Source of the DNA: an uncultured delta proteobacterium
Lineage (GTDB): Bacteria; Desulfobacterota; Desulfobacteria; Desulfobacterales; B30-G6
Length of the DNA stretch: 64,000 bases
Assembly (NCBI GenBank): GCA_963842925.1
Contig: CAWJIL010000017.1
Coordinates: forward strand, 178,833-242,832
Direction: 5' to 3'
Shown here: positions 1 to 9,924 of the stretch, piece by piece
Numbering within the stretch: position 1 is the first letter of the stretch
Layout of the letters: the number at the start of each line of letters is the position of its first letter
Position numbers and translations under genes: made by a program
The notes under the pieces: model-generated
Databases searched by the model: none
Seen by the model: only the letters and a program-made list of their open reading frames with translations
What the model was told of the DNA's origin: nothing

Positions 1-134
1 AGCGCCTTCTGGATGGCACCCTGAATATCCTCTGTCGCTGTCAGGCTTGTGGAAAGACCCGGAGGGGCAGTTATTACATTGTCCGGAAGTACTACGGGGA
101 TGGTGCCTGTTCCAAAAACGATCTGTTCTTGCAT
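1..134 (-). CDS. N-terminal part of a protein running off the window; possibly LarA/DUF2088-like (lactate racemase family)
   Basis: Minus-strand ATG at 132-134 preceded by AAAGGAGG. Translation MQEQIVFGTGTIPVVLPDNVITAPPGL..AIQKAL resembles LarA-family N termini from memory only. Confidence 0.35.
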   Translation of the reverse strand, partial: MQEQIVFGTGTIPVVLPDNVITAPPGLSTSLTATEDIQGAIQKA

Positions 135-302
135 AAGACGCCTCCTTTAATATAGGGTTCGAGGGTCCGAGGGGGATACAAGGGTTCGAGGGTAGCCGAC
201 GGCTATCAGCGGACAGCAGCATCCCAGCTTCCAAGCATCCAAGCATCCAAGCATAATCAACGTATTATCAGAATCCAAAACGAATGAAAATGGTGAATAC
301 AA

Positions 303-1298
303 TCATTGTGATTGAACCCTGTATATTCTGATGGGTTTATCAACGCCTTTGACCAATACAGGCTCGAGCGGGCAGGCATGGATTTTGTCCGGCAAGCGCG
401 CCAGTGTATCTTCCGTAATCAATACCTCGCCTTCCCGGGCCAGCCCCTGCAGTCGGGCAGCGATGTTGACCGCCATACCAATGGAGGTAAACTCTTTTTT
501 TCGCACAGATCCCAAAACACCCGAAAAAACCTTGCCGGTGGAAATACCGATTCCCAGCCTCAGTCGAAATCCATTTTTTTGACTGAGACCCTCATTTATC
601 TCCCGTGCCTTTGCCTGCATAGCCACGGCGGATCTGATGGCCATGGCCGGGTCATCCTTGCGGGAAACCGGGACGCCGTAAACCACCATCATGCTGTCAC
701 CGATGTGTTTGTCCACCGTCCCGTGATAGGTGTGGGCAATCTCGCCCATGGGGGTAAAAAAGTAATCATTCAGATAATGGGCCAGCATCTCCGGTTGAAT
801 ATCCCGGGACATCCGCGTGAAACCGCGGATATCTGAAAAGAGTATCGAGACTTCGTGATACCTCGGCTTCAATATGCCGGCCGAACTGTTCATCTCCTGA
901 AATACCGACTCGGGAACAAACTGACGAAGATATTTTCGGACCGATATATCGTGAATCTTGGCTCTGAGTTCCATGTTGTCAAAAGGCTTGGTCAAGAATC
1001 CATCAATGCCCTGATTGGTTGCCTCGATGGCTGTCTCCACCGATGCATAGCCTGTCAGGATTATACGGGTGATCTCCGGATTCAGTTTGTATACAGCCAT
1101 CAGGGTCTGCAGCCCATCGATTCCCGGCATGCGAAAATCCGATATAACTGTGCTGATGCATGCCACATGTTTTTTCAGCATGTTAATGCCACTGTTTCCG
1201 TCACCAGCAGTAAACACCTCGTAAGACTCCTTGCCCAAGGCTCTGACAATGGATCGACGGATCCCCTCTTCGTCATCGATAAACAGTAGTCCATTCAT
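303..1298 (-). CDS. Response regulator receiver domain fused to class III adenylate/guanylate cyclase domain
   Basis: ORF 303..1361. Likely start is the ATG at 1298 (MNGLLFIDDEEG..) with AAGGAG 8 nt upstream. N-terminal CheY-like receiver (FIDDE..DFRMPGIDG..TKPF). C-terminal cyclase motifs ILFSDIRGFT, HGTVDKHIGDSMM, IGISTG. Confidence 0.9.
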   Translation of the reverse strand: MNGLLFIDDEEGIRRSIVRALGKESYEVFTAGDGNSGINMLKKHVACISTVISDFRMPGIDGLQTLMAVYKLNPEITRIILTGYASVETAIEATNQGIDGFLTKPFDNMELRAKIHDISVRKYLRQFVPESVFQEMNSSAGILKPRYHEVSILFSDIRGFTRMSRDIQPEMLAHYLNDYFFTPMGEIAHTYHGTVDKHIGDSMMVVYGVPVSRKDDPAMAIRSAVAMQAKAREINEGLSQKNGFRLRLGIGISTGKVFSGVLGSVRKKEFTSIGMAVNIAARLQGLAREGEVLITEDTLARLPDKIHACPLEPVLVKGVDKPIRIYRVQSQ

Positions 1299-1370
1299 GA
1301 CAGATCTCCTTAGCCCGGATATTGCATGATGCCACATGACGTCGTGGATGATCTCCAGCATGTCACAAAT

Positions 1371-1589
1371 TCAATTGATTTCAATACGGGATATATATGT
1401 ATTCACTACGGAGTAAAGTTGAGTAGTGCTGACACCTTCACCTTTATCGAACGCGAAAAGGGTCAGGCTGAGTGACGGGTTCTGGGCAAAGGTCCGGTTG
1501 ACAACCCGGCCTTCCTCGTATTCCACCAATTCATCCAGCTTCTGGGGTTCCGAAAACGCTATATTCTTGATAAATACTTGTTTGTCCAT
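1371..1589 (-). pseudogene. Truncated cupin-domain protein
   Basis: 72-aa ORF. Its first ~55 aa (..VEYEEGRVVNRTFAQNPSLSLTLFAFDKGEG) look like the N-terminal half of small cupin_2 proteins. The metal-binding half is missing and the ORF ends in unrelated residues. Confidence 0.45.
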
Positions 1590-1835
1590 TTTATCTCCCT
1601 CGAATTTAATTGTGTCTGTGCTATACGTAAAGCCTTTGTGAAACTGTTCGTAAGGGCGACCTGATGGAATGCTTTCAATCGATCAAAATGCATAAAAAAT
1701 CCTTATAATATTTATTATATATTATAATTTGATCTTATAATAAAAATGATTTATTTTATCAAGGCATGCCTGCCGATTCTTTGAAATGAATCTTTATTGA
1801 CCTGTTAAAATGACCTCACAAATCAGGAGTATTGC

Positions 1836-2438
1836 ATGGACAAGATTATACCTAGATATGAATTTCGTACTTTTGCTCAGAATTTTGGACTGGTAGAAAC
1901 CAAAATGAGAAAACAGTCCCTATGTTCAATGATCCGTGAAAGCCAGGAGATATACATTGTTTCCGCCGCTAACAACGAAAACAATACTAAGATTCGCGAC
2001 ATTAAAATGGATATCAAGGAACTGGTGGAAAAAAAACAGGGTCTGGAACGATGGAATCCACACATGAAGGGTGAGTTTCCCATGCAAACCGAAGTCATTA
2101 AGACTAAAGTTTTCCCGGCATTTGCGGTCAAAAAACCTGCGTTTAAAAGAGACGCCTATACACTGGATCAATATCTGGAAGAACTTATTCTTCCACATCC
2201 CGAGTTGTCTGCCGTGAATGTCTTCAAACGGCGGTTCGCCTTTACAATCAATGGTTGTATCACTGAAATCGCCCAGTTATTAATCAATGGGGCCGCCATA
2301 CAGACCGTCGCAGTGGAGTTGGAAGATATTGATGCCATTCAAAAAGCCAAGGAACTGCTCGGCCTGACCGAATACGAAAATATCAATTACCTGCTGGCCA
2401 TCAAGCGGGTAATCGGTATGGAACCGCTATCCGTGTAG
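1836..2438 (+). CDS. Hypothetical protein, possibly CYTH-like
   Basis: 200-aa ORF with GGAG before the ATG. Alternating beta-strand-like pattern (YEFRTF, EIYIVS, TKIRD, MDIKEL, AFTINGCITE, TVAVELE). Sits next to a clear CYTH gene. Family assignment is weak. Confidence 0.55.
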   Translation: MDKIIPRYEFRTFAQNFGLVETKMRKQSLCSMIRESQEIYIVSAANNENNTKIRDIKMDIKELVEKKQGLERWNPHMKGEFPMQTEVIKTKVFPAFAVKKPAFKRDAYTLDQYLEELILPHPELSAVNVFKRRFAFTINGCITEIAQLLINGAAIQTVAVELEDIDAIQKAKELLGLTEYENINYLLAIKRVIGMEPLSV

Positions 2439-2599
2439 AGCATTCAGCTTCGCACACTACCGCCAAGACAGGACCAAGCCCGGTTCAGTCAAGTGGCCAC
2501 GGGGTTGGCCCGAACATGTCATGTATCTTGACGAAATGTTATTATTTACATTTTTATATAATTTAAGCAGTCAGCAATGCAATGATAGGAGAGCATAGA

Positions 2600-3064
2600 A
2601 TGGGAATTGAAATTGAAAGAAAATTTCTTCTAAAAAATGATGCGTGGCGATCTTTAGCCGGGGGGACCAAATACAGACAAGGGTATTTGAACAGCACCAA
2701 AGAACGTACCGTACGGGTTCGCACCATTGACGACAGCGGCTTTTTAACCATTAAAGGTCCCAACAAAGGGGCCACCCGGGTCGAATATGAATATGACATT
2801 CCTAAAAATGATGCGAAGACCCTGTTGGATGATCTTTGCGAGAAACCTATCATCGAAAAGAATCGGTATAAAATTGATTTTGCCGGACGTGTATGGGAAG
2901 TTGATGAGTTTTTCGGTGAAAACACGGGATTGATTGTGGCCGAAGTAGAACTGGAAAGTGAAGACCAGCATTTTGAAAAGCCAGACTGGGTTGGTGATGA
3001 GGTGACGGGTGATCCCAAATATTATAACGCCAATCTTGTGATTCATCCATACATTAAATGGTGA
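2600..3064 (+). CDS. CYTH domain protein (CyaB/thiamine-triphosphatase-like)
   Basis: MGIEIERKFLL.. carries the ExExK signature at the N terminus. AGGAGAG lies upstream of the ATG at 2600 (track ORF starts at 2582). Confidence 0.8.
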   Translation: MGIEIERKFLLKNDAWRSLAGGTKYRQGYLNSTKERTVRVRTIDDSGFLTIKGPNKGATRVEYEYDIPKNDAKTLLDDLCEKPIIEKNRYKIDFAGRVWEVDEFFGENTGLIVAEVELESEDQHFEKPDWVGDEVTGDPKYYNANLVIHPYIKW

Positions 3065-3094
3065 GGGTTTGGGCCCGGAAGGGGTGATGGTTCA

Positions 3095-4186
3095 ATGGAC
3101 TATATCGAGGTAAAAGGTCTGACTAAAATCTTCGGCAAGAATATTGTCGCTGTTGACAATGCGAATTTCAGTTTGAAAAACGGGGAGTTTATCAGCTTAC
3201 TGGGTCCGTCCGGCTGTGGGAAATCGACAATTCTGAATATGATATCGGGTCTGATCGAACCCACTGAGGCGGAAATATTTGTGGATGAAAAATGTTTTTA
3301 TTCACATATCAAGCAGATAAACGTACCCGCCGAGAAGCGGAAAATGGGGATGGTCTTTCAAGATTTTGCCCTCTGGCCCCATCTGAATGTCTTTGAAAAT
3401 GTGGCTTTTGGTCTGCGCTTGCGGAAAGTGCCCTCGAAAGAGATCCAAAAAAAAGTGCTGGAATCTCTGGAAATGGTACAGTTGCCCGGTTTTGAAAAAA
3501 GGCTTCCCAGGGAATTGTCCGGGGGGCAGCAACAACGGGTTGCATTTGCGAGAGCCATTGTCATTTCTCCCAAGGTGTTACTGTTGGATGAGCCGCTCAG
3601 CGCTCTGGATGCAAAATTACGTGAGGAGATGAGAGAGGAGATAACAAATCTGGTGCGTGAACTCAACATCACCACTATCTATGTGACTCACGATCAGGTT
3701 GAGGCCCTTACCATGTCCGATCGAATGTTCGTCATGAATCAGGGGGAAATATTACGGGAAGGGACACCTTTGGCTATCTATGAAGATCCTCGGGTTTCTT
3801 TTGTGGCGGCCTTTATTGGAAAATCCAACTTCATAAATGGGACTTATCAAAAAAATGCTGAAGGCGTGTCGATAAAAGTGAATGAAAACCTGATCATCAA
3901 AAGCATTACCCCCAAGGGCGACATTGAAGACGGACAAACGGTTTCGGCAGTCTTGAGACCGGAAAAAATCAAGATTGCCGAATCGGTTGAAAATGTGAAT
4001 CGCACCGGGATGAATATCCTGGAAGGCAAATTGCTGCGCTCCGTCTTTCTGGGGGATATCTTTGAAACCCAATTTCAGATTGATGACGATGTTGTGTTCA
4101 AGGTTCCGCTTGAAAAAGAATACCCGGCAGACAAGACTTTTTATCTGATATTCAATAAGGCAGAGGTAAAGATTCTGATAAAATAA
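3095..4186 (+). CDS. ABC transporter ATP-binding protein (Fe3+/polyamine importer type)
   Basis: Walker A GPSGCGKST, signature LSGGQQQRVA, Walker B LLLDEPLSALD, plus a C-terminal TOBE-like extension. Confidence 0.9.
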   Translation: MDYIEVKGLTKIFGKNIVAVDNANFSLKNGEFISLLGPSGCGKSTILNMISGLIEPTEAEIFVDEKCFYSHIKQINVPAEKRKMGMVFQDFALWPHLNVFENVAFGLRLRKVPSKEIQKKVLESLEMVQLPGFEKRLPRELSGGQQQRVAFARAIVISPKVLLLDEPLSALDAKLREEMREEITNLVRELNITTIYVTHDQVEALTMSDRMFVMNQGEILREGTPLAIYEDPRVSFVAAFIGKSNFINGTYQKNAEGVSIKVNENLIIKSITPKGDIEDGQTVSAVLRPEKIKIAESVENVNRTGMNILEGKLLRSVFLGDIFETQFQIDDDVVFKVPLEKEYPADKTFYLIFNKAEVKILIK

Positions 4187-4287
4187 GCTCGGGTAAATAT
4201 CCAGGGCGGCTTGCCGGAGCTGACACGTCGAATGGCAGTCAGTGACTTTACCGTCCATAACCCTTTATCTATGAAAAGGAGACAAAC

Positions 4288-5271
4288 ATGAAAAAGAGAA
4301 TATTTCCGATCATATTTCTGGTCTCGTTGTTTTATGTGTTTGCAATTGGTTCCGTGTTAGCTGCCGATCTTGTGGTTTATTCTGCCGGCCCTAAAAGTCT
4401 TTCCACGGAGGTTGTGGCAAAGTTTCAGGAAAAGACGGGTTTAAAGGTGCAGCTGTATCCTGCCTCAACCGGCAAGGTGCTCGCCAAACTGGAGGCGGAA
4501 AAATATAATCCAGTAGCGGATGTGGTGGTATTGGCCAGCTGGGCTGCCGGGCTGGGTCTGAAAAATCAGAATGTCCTTGCACCGATTAAAACCGAACACA
4601 GCCAATTTCTACGCGATGAATGGGTTGATGATTACCTCATTGCAACGGGAGCTTCTGCCATGGGAATCGCTTACAACACCAAGCTGGTGACAGATCCTCC
4701 CAAAGACTGGTGGGACATGGCCTCGCCCGAATGGCAGAAACAGGTAAACATGCCATCTCCGACCAAGTCAGGGTCTTGCTCTGATTTTGTCACGGCTTTT
4801 ATCGGGCTATACGGGGATAAGGCCTGGGATTTTTTTGCAAAACTGCGTGATAACGGTGCCAATATTGCCGGCCCCAACAATCAGGCGCTTACCCCGGTCT
4901 TGACCGGAGCACGAAAGACGGTTTTTGCTGCCGTGGATTACATCATTTATAAGCAACTTCAAAAGGGAGAGAATATCAATATTGCTTACCCGGCGAGTGG
5001 TACCGTGGTTAATCCACGTCCCATAGTTGTTTTGAAGTCATCAACCCATAAGGAAAATGCCCAAAAGTTTGTGGACTATTACCTGTCAAAAGAAGGACAA
5101 GCCCTTGTTGTAAATACGATCCTCATTCCTGCAAGAACCGATCTGAAGGTCCTCCCTCTCAGGGTTGGTATGGATCAGATCAAGACCATCCCTGTAGATT
5201 GGGACTGGCTGGGAAAAAATCAGCAAGAGATAGTCGGCAGATTTTATAAAAAGATAGAGACCGGTATGTAG
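4288..5271 (+). CDS. ABC transporter periplasmic substrate-binding protein (family 1, Fe3+-type)
   Basis: Signal peptide MKKRIFPIIFLVSLFYVFAIGSVLA. Size and position between the ATPase and permease genes fit. Confidence 0.8.
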   Translation: MKKRIFPIIFLVSLFYVFAIGSVLAADLVVYSAGPKSLSTEVVAKFQEKTGLKVQLYPASTGKVLAKLEAEKYNPVADVVVLASWAAGLGLKNQNVLAPIKTEHSQFLRDEWVDDYLIATGASAMGIAYNTKLVTDPPKDWWDMASPEWQKQVNMPSPTKSGSCSDFVTAFIGLYGDKAWDFFAKLRDNGANIAGPNNQALTPVLTGARKTVFAAVDYIIYKQLQKGENINIAYPASGTVVNPRPIVVLKSSTHKENAQKFVDYYLSKEGQALVVNTILIPARTDLKVLPLRVGMDQIKTIPVDWDWLGKNQQEIVGRFYKKIETGM

Positions 5272-5340
5272 ACCTAATAATACCTATAATGAGCGTTTCA
5301 ACTTAGGTATTACCTATACAACCGGGAACGAGGAGAAGAG

Positions 5341-7056
5341 ATGATCAACTTCAAGGAACGCAGATGGTATCAGAGAATAATGAATTCCGCCATGCTGTAT
5401 ATCGTCTTGCTTATCATGCTCATCATGATTCTTTATCCCTTGGCGATGGTATTTCTCCAGAGTCTGTTTCCGGATATATTAGGCGGCAGTCTGCGGGGCT
5501 TTCTCTCTCCCTTTATGCAAGTACTTAAGAGTGAAGGCCTCATCCAGGTTGTTGTAAACACTATCCTGTGGGGTATCGCCGTTACCTTTGGATGTGTGAT
5601 CGTAGGCGTTCCCTGCGGGTTTATTCTGGCCAAGACGGATATGCCCGGAAAGGGTCTCATTCGTATAATCTATGCGATCCCCTACATGAGCCCGCCTTAT
5701 GTAGGGGCTCTGGCCTGGATTCTATTCATACAGGAAAAGGGTTTTCTGGAGAAAATGCTGGCCGGGCATTTGCCCGCAGTTGTCCAAGAGCTCTTTTTTT
5801 CCTTCTGGGGCCTTACTTTTATCATGGTTCTTTTTCTCTATCCGTTTACGGCTTTGGGCGTCGAGGCCGGATTGAGAGCACTCCCCTCGAATTTCGAGAA
5901 CTCTGCGCGGGTGCTGGGAGCCGATCGCAAGGCACTGCTGCGGAGAATTGTCGTCCCCTTGTTGATGCCCGTTATTTTGAATACAGGCCTACTTGTTTTT
6001 TTACAGACTGTTTCTAACTTTGGTGTTCCGGCGACGTTGGGATCAAGGGCTCGATATCCGATTATTACTGCGGAAATATATAACCTCATCTCAAGCTGGC
6101 CCATCAACTTTCCAGTGTCTACTGCGCTGTCCTGTATCCTGGTGGTTATGGCCCTGACAATTATGTATTTTTCGGAACGTGTTCTGAAAAAAAGAGATTA
6201 CGGTGTTATTTCCGGACGGGGGATCTACCAGGTTTACTCATTGAGCAGACGCCAAAAGCTGCTGGCTGCCGGTTTTATTTTTATACTTTTTATTTGCTCG
6301 GTCGCCATACCCTTTGGAACCATGATTCTGGCTTCCCTTGTCAAGCTCTGGGGCGGGGGTTTTTTCAACCTGAGCAACTATACGTTGAAAAATTATTATG
6401 AGGTATTCGGACTGCATTCTCCGGGGCTGCAGGCGCTAGGAATCAGTTTTTCGTTGGGATTAATAGCCCCCACGATAATTTTGCTGGGTGCGGCGTTCAT
6501 TTCTTACGTACTGGCCCACTACAAAGGAGGACTGGCTTTTGCTCTTAATTTCATCGGTTTTCTCCCCAGATCTCTTCCAAAGGTGGTCGTTGTTGTGGGA
6601 TTAATTTTAGCCTGGAACGCGCCCTGGATCGGAATACGGATATATAACACCTATTTTATGCTGCTCCTGGCGTATGTGGTCCTGTATTTACCGGATGCGC
6701 TTCGCTACGGGGATTCGGGAATGCGAAATATCACAAAAAATCTTGAAAACAGCGCTTTGGTGATGGGGGCATCAAAGTGGCGGGTTTTCACAAAAATTAT
6801 TTTTCCGCTCCTGCGACCTTACCTTATTGCATCCTGGATTTTAAGCTTTATCATTTCCGTGCGGGAACTGGTGGCTTCGATTCTCCTTCTTCCTCCGGGG
6901 CTTGAGACAACCGCCACTTATATCTTTAGCCAATTCGAGCAGGGCAGCATATCAGAAGCGATGTGCATGGCAACAGTAACGATCACACTCACGGTAGTGG
7001 CTTTGCTGTTATTCAACCTGAAGTACGGCGGCGGTCCGGTCCAATCACGAACCTAA
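5341..7056 (+). CDS. ABC transporter permease, duplicated (two-domain) Fe3+-type
   Basis: 571-aa polytopic membrane protein. Two repeated permease halves, each with an EAA-like loop (NSARVLGADRKALLRRIVVPL and NSALVMGASKWRVFTKIIFPL). Confidence 0.85.
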   Translation: MINFKERRWYQRIMNSAMLYIVLLIMLIMILYPLAMVFLQSLFPDILGGSLRGFLSPFMQVLKSEGLIQVVVNTILWGIAVTFGCVIVGVPCGFILAKTDMPGKGLIRIIYAIPYMSPPYVGALAWILFIQEKGFLEKMLAGHLPAVVQELFFSFWGLTFIMVLFLYPFTALGVEAGLRALPSNFENSARVLGADRKALLRRIVVPLLMPVILNTGLLVFLQTVSNFGVPATLGSRARYPIITAEIYNLISSWPINFPVSTALSCILVVMALTIMYFSERVLKKRDYGVISGRGIYQVYSLSRRQKLLAAGFIFILFICSVAIPFGTMILASLVKLWGGGFFNLSNYTLKNYYEVFGLHSPGLQALGISFSLGLIAPTIILLGAAFISYVLAHYKGGLAFALNFIGFLPRSLPKVVVVVGLILAWNAPWIGIRIYNTYFMLLLAYVVLYLPDALRYGDSGMRNITKNLENSALVMGASKWRVFTKIIFPLLRPYLIASWILSFIISVRELVASILLLPPGLETTATYIFSQFEQGSISEAMCMATVTITLTVVALLLFNLKYGGGPVQSRT

Positions 7057-7065
7057 TTATCTAAT

Positions 7066-8862
7066 ATGCCTTCAATTTATAACATTCTTGTCATCAGCGG
7101 TGCCACATCCGATAAAATTTCATGGGGTTTCATGGTCATCGGGTTGTGTGGTGGTTTAGCCCTCTTTCTTTACGGGATGGAAAAGATGAGCGAGGGTATG
7201 AAAAAGTCTGCCGGCAACAAGATGCGCTCGATTTTATCCGCACTTACCAATAATCGTATCATCGGAGCTGCTGTGGGCGCGTTCGTTACGACAGTGATTC
7301 AGTCCAGCAGCGCAACCACTGTGATGCTTGTGAGCTTTGTCCAAGCTGGATTGATGAGTTTTACTCAGTCATTGGGTGTGATTCTCGGCGCAGATATTGG
7401 CACCACCATTACAGCACAATTAATTGCCTTTAAATTGACCGACTATGCACTACTGTTGATCGCTATTGGATTTGTCATGCGAACCTTCGGTAAGGGTGAC
7501 AATATTAAGAACATCGGCGAGGTAATCTTGGGCTTTGGTGTGCTTTTTTTCGGTATGAAGCTGATGAGTGACGCAATGAAACCACTGCGAACATATGCTG
7601 AATTTATCAACCTGATGAAAGGCTTGGAAAACCCGCTTTTAGGTTTATTGGTCGGTACTATTTTTACTGCCCTGATTCAGAGCAGCAGTGCGTTTACCGG
7701 GATTATCATTGTAATGGCACAGCAAGGATTGATCACCCTCGATGCTGGAATTCCGCTTGTGTTCGGAGCGAACATCGGTACTTGCATTACAGCCGGTCTT
7801 GCCAGTATCGGTACTTCACGAGAGGCCAAGCGTGTTGCTTTGGCGCACGTACTGTTCAAAGTATGCGGCGTCATCTTGTTTGTCTTCTGGATTCCGGCTT
7901 TTGTGAATCTTATCCATGCTATCGCTATCAGATTCGGATCTGACACCGCCCGCCAGATCGCCAACGCCCATACAATTTTTAACGTCAGTATAGCACTGAT
8001 CTTTCTCCCGTTCACAACAGTATTTGCTCGATTGCTATTGAAAATTATGCCACAGGAAGAAGAGCTAAAGGGCATTATTCCCGTCACCTGGCACCTGGAC
8101 GAAAGCATGATATCAACTCCGGATTTTTCCATCGGTCTAGCGCGAACGGAAATCACACGCATGGCAAAAATCCTGGGACGCATGCTGAAGGCTATCATCA
8201 TTCCTTTTATGTCTAATGCCAAATTTATCAGCCGCGAAGTAAAGGGAAAAGATGAAGTCGATCTTCTATTAAAAGAGATACCAACACAGGATGAGATATT
8301 TCCGGAACTGACACTTCTGGATGGAATAGATATGCGAGAAGAGAAAATTGATTTTCTCGATGAAAAAATCGTCGCCTATCTAATTAAAGTTGCCAGGCAA
8401 GAGATATCAAACAAACAAGCCAGTGAAGTGTTCGGAATGATTTCTATTGCAAATGACATGGAAAGCATAGGAGATATTATCCACCGCAATATGATGCCGC
8501 TGATTGTAAAAGTGCAAGATCTAGCTTCGGATTTTTCTGAAGAGGGAAAGGAAGAACTGATGATCTACCACGTCAAGGTGTGTAAACAGATCAGCAGATT
8601 AAGGGAAGCATTTTATGAGCATAACCTGGAAACAGCCCGAAAAATAATGGAAAAAGAAGGAAAGTATTTAGACCTTGAAACAAAATACCGGCTCCGGCAT
8701 CTAAAACGGCTTCAACAGGATCATAAAAAAACGATTGAGACGCATGAGGTTCACATGGAGTTGCTGGATCTACTTAAACAGATTAATGTGTATACTGCCA
8801 ATATAGCTAAAACATTTCTCAATACATCCAACATCGATCGCTCAAAACTGAAAAAACTATAA
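7066..8862 (+). CDS. Na/Pi cotransporter family protein with C-terminal PhoU-like domain
   Basis: Duplicated QSSSATT / QSSSAFTG motifs typical of Na/Pi-cotransporter II-related proteins. Long helical C-terminal region. Confidence 0.85.
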   Translation: MPSIYNILVISGATSDKISWGFMVIGLCGGLALFLYGMEKMSEGMKKSAGNKMRSILSALTNNRIIGAAVGAFVTTVIQSSSATTVMLVSFVQAGLMSFTQSLGVILGADIGTTITAQLIAFKLTDYALLLIAIGFVMRTFGKGDNIKNIGEVILGFGVLFFGMKLMSDAMKPLRTYAEFINLMKGLENPLLGLLVGTIFTALIQSSSAFTGIIIVMAQQGLITLDAGIPLVFGANIGTCITAGLASIGTSREAKRVALAHVLFKVCGVILFVFWIPAFVNLIHAIAIRFGSDTARQIANAHTIFNVSIALIFLPFTTVFARLLLKIMPQEEELKGIIPVTWHLDESMISTPDFSIGLARTEITRMAKILGRMLKAIIIPFMSNAKFISREVKGKDEVDLLLKEIPTQDEIFPELTLLDGIDMREEKIDFLDEKIVAYLIKVARQEISNKQASEVFGMISIANDMESIGDIIHRNMMPLIVKVQDLASDFSEEGKEELMIYHVKVCKQISRLREAFYEHNLETARKIMEKEGKYLDLETKYRLRHLKRLQQDHKKTIETHEVHMELLDLLKQINVYTANIAKTFLNTSNIDRSKLKKL

Positions 8863-8905
8863 ATCTTCAGAAAACAATTGCGACCGTGAGGTTAAAATTT
8901 CTTAA

Positions 8906-8929
8906 ATCATATCAATTAATTGATATGAT
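8906..8929. repeat. 24-bp perfect palindrome ATCATATCAATTAATTGATATGAT
   Basis: Read directly from the sequence. Lies between convergent genes (7066..8862 plus strand and 9016..9399 minus strand). Confidence 0.9.
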
Positions 8930-9015
8930 AGATAATCCAACCTTCTATTATAAAATCAATACGCGTAGGGATCGCTGAATTTGATCAAGTCTTCAGTTGA
9001 TGATCAAATCAGTTC

Positions 9016-9399
9016 TCATAGATTACCTTTGGTAGCCTTTGTTTCAACAGTTTGCCATATTTCCACACGGTGTCTTTCCGGATCAAAAAGATAGAACACT
9101 AAAGCATCCCAAGGATGTTTTTTGACTGTTGTTGGATTCAAACCTGCTTTGTCGGCATGTCGCCATGCATCGTCTATGTTTGGCACTTCCAAGGACAGGG
9201 TTACTCCTTTTTCCTTGCAGCTTTTTATACTGGCTCGTTTTTCATCGGCAACACTTAACCGGGATGTTGGCCCCACACAAAACTCAACAAACCAGTCTGT
9301 TGAAAAATTTACCGCCAAATTGAGGGAATCCCGATAAAATCGGACCGTTTCCTCCCATTTCCGGCAATATAAAATTGTGTTGGCGGTCTTGATGTCCAT
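9016..9399 (-). CDS. VOC (glyoxalase/bleomycin-resistance) family protein
   Basis: 127-aa ORF with the size and beta-alpha-beta pattern typical of VOC proteins. Assignment from recollection of the family. Confidence 0.6.
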   Translation of the reverse strand: MDIKTANTILYCRKWEETVRFYRDSLNLAVNFSTDWFVEFCVGPTSRLSVADEKRASIKSCKEKGVTLSLEVPNIDDAWRHADKAGLNPTTVKKHPWDALVFYLFDPERHRVEIWQTVETKATKGNL

Positions 9400-9429
9400 A
9401 CCACGCCCTCATGCCAATCCAGGAAACGT

Positions 9430-9747
9430 TCAGTTCAAGTCGTATTTAGTACGAAGTAGGCTGGAAAGTTTTTGCACAATTGAAAAAGCCTTTTCCACGG
9501 TTTTTTCCTTGTCAGGATTAACAAGGCAGCAGGTCGCCGGTGAAAGCATACTTCTGTCTATCAAGTGGTCTATATCGATGCCTTTTTGGGATAGAATCTG
9601 CCACACATTCTCTAATTGGGCTGTTAAAGAGTTCATATTCTCTTTTTCAAACGCTTCAAAACCGGTAGGGACGATTCCCCAGACAATAACGCCATTGTTA
9701 TCGAGAAATCGCTTTATTGAAGGGGCATACTCTTGCCAAAACAGCAT
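9430..9747 (-). pseudogene. C-terminal fragment of a MetE-C-terminal-like (methionine synthase II / URO-D-like) protein
   Basis: The 105-aa ORF matches only the C-terminal third of ~340-aa proteins of this type (..IVWGIVPT..SPATCCL..). No upstream coding continuation. Confidence 0.5.
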
Positions 9748-9924
9748 AGATGTCCATGATATCTGAGCCTACAATATTCCTTGACTATTCAGGGCCTTGT
9801 TTTATTTTGTGTAAACATTTTCGATTGCTGATGCGTCGTTATGTTCGTCATAAGCCATAAATCTGCTTGCAGATTGGGGCGGGGTTATCCAAATAAATTT
9901 TTAAAACAGCATGTTAGAGTAAAA

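Noticed and set aside
154-254. Short direct repeats upstream of the partial LarA-like gene: AGGGTTCGAGGGT twice (154-166, 181-193) and CCAAGCAT x3 (231-254)
   Set aside because: They are real but tiny and intergenic, with no further copies in the window. This is too little to call a regulatory site or a variable-number repeat.
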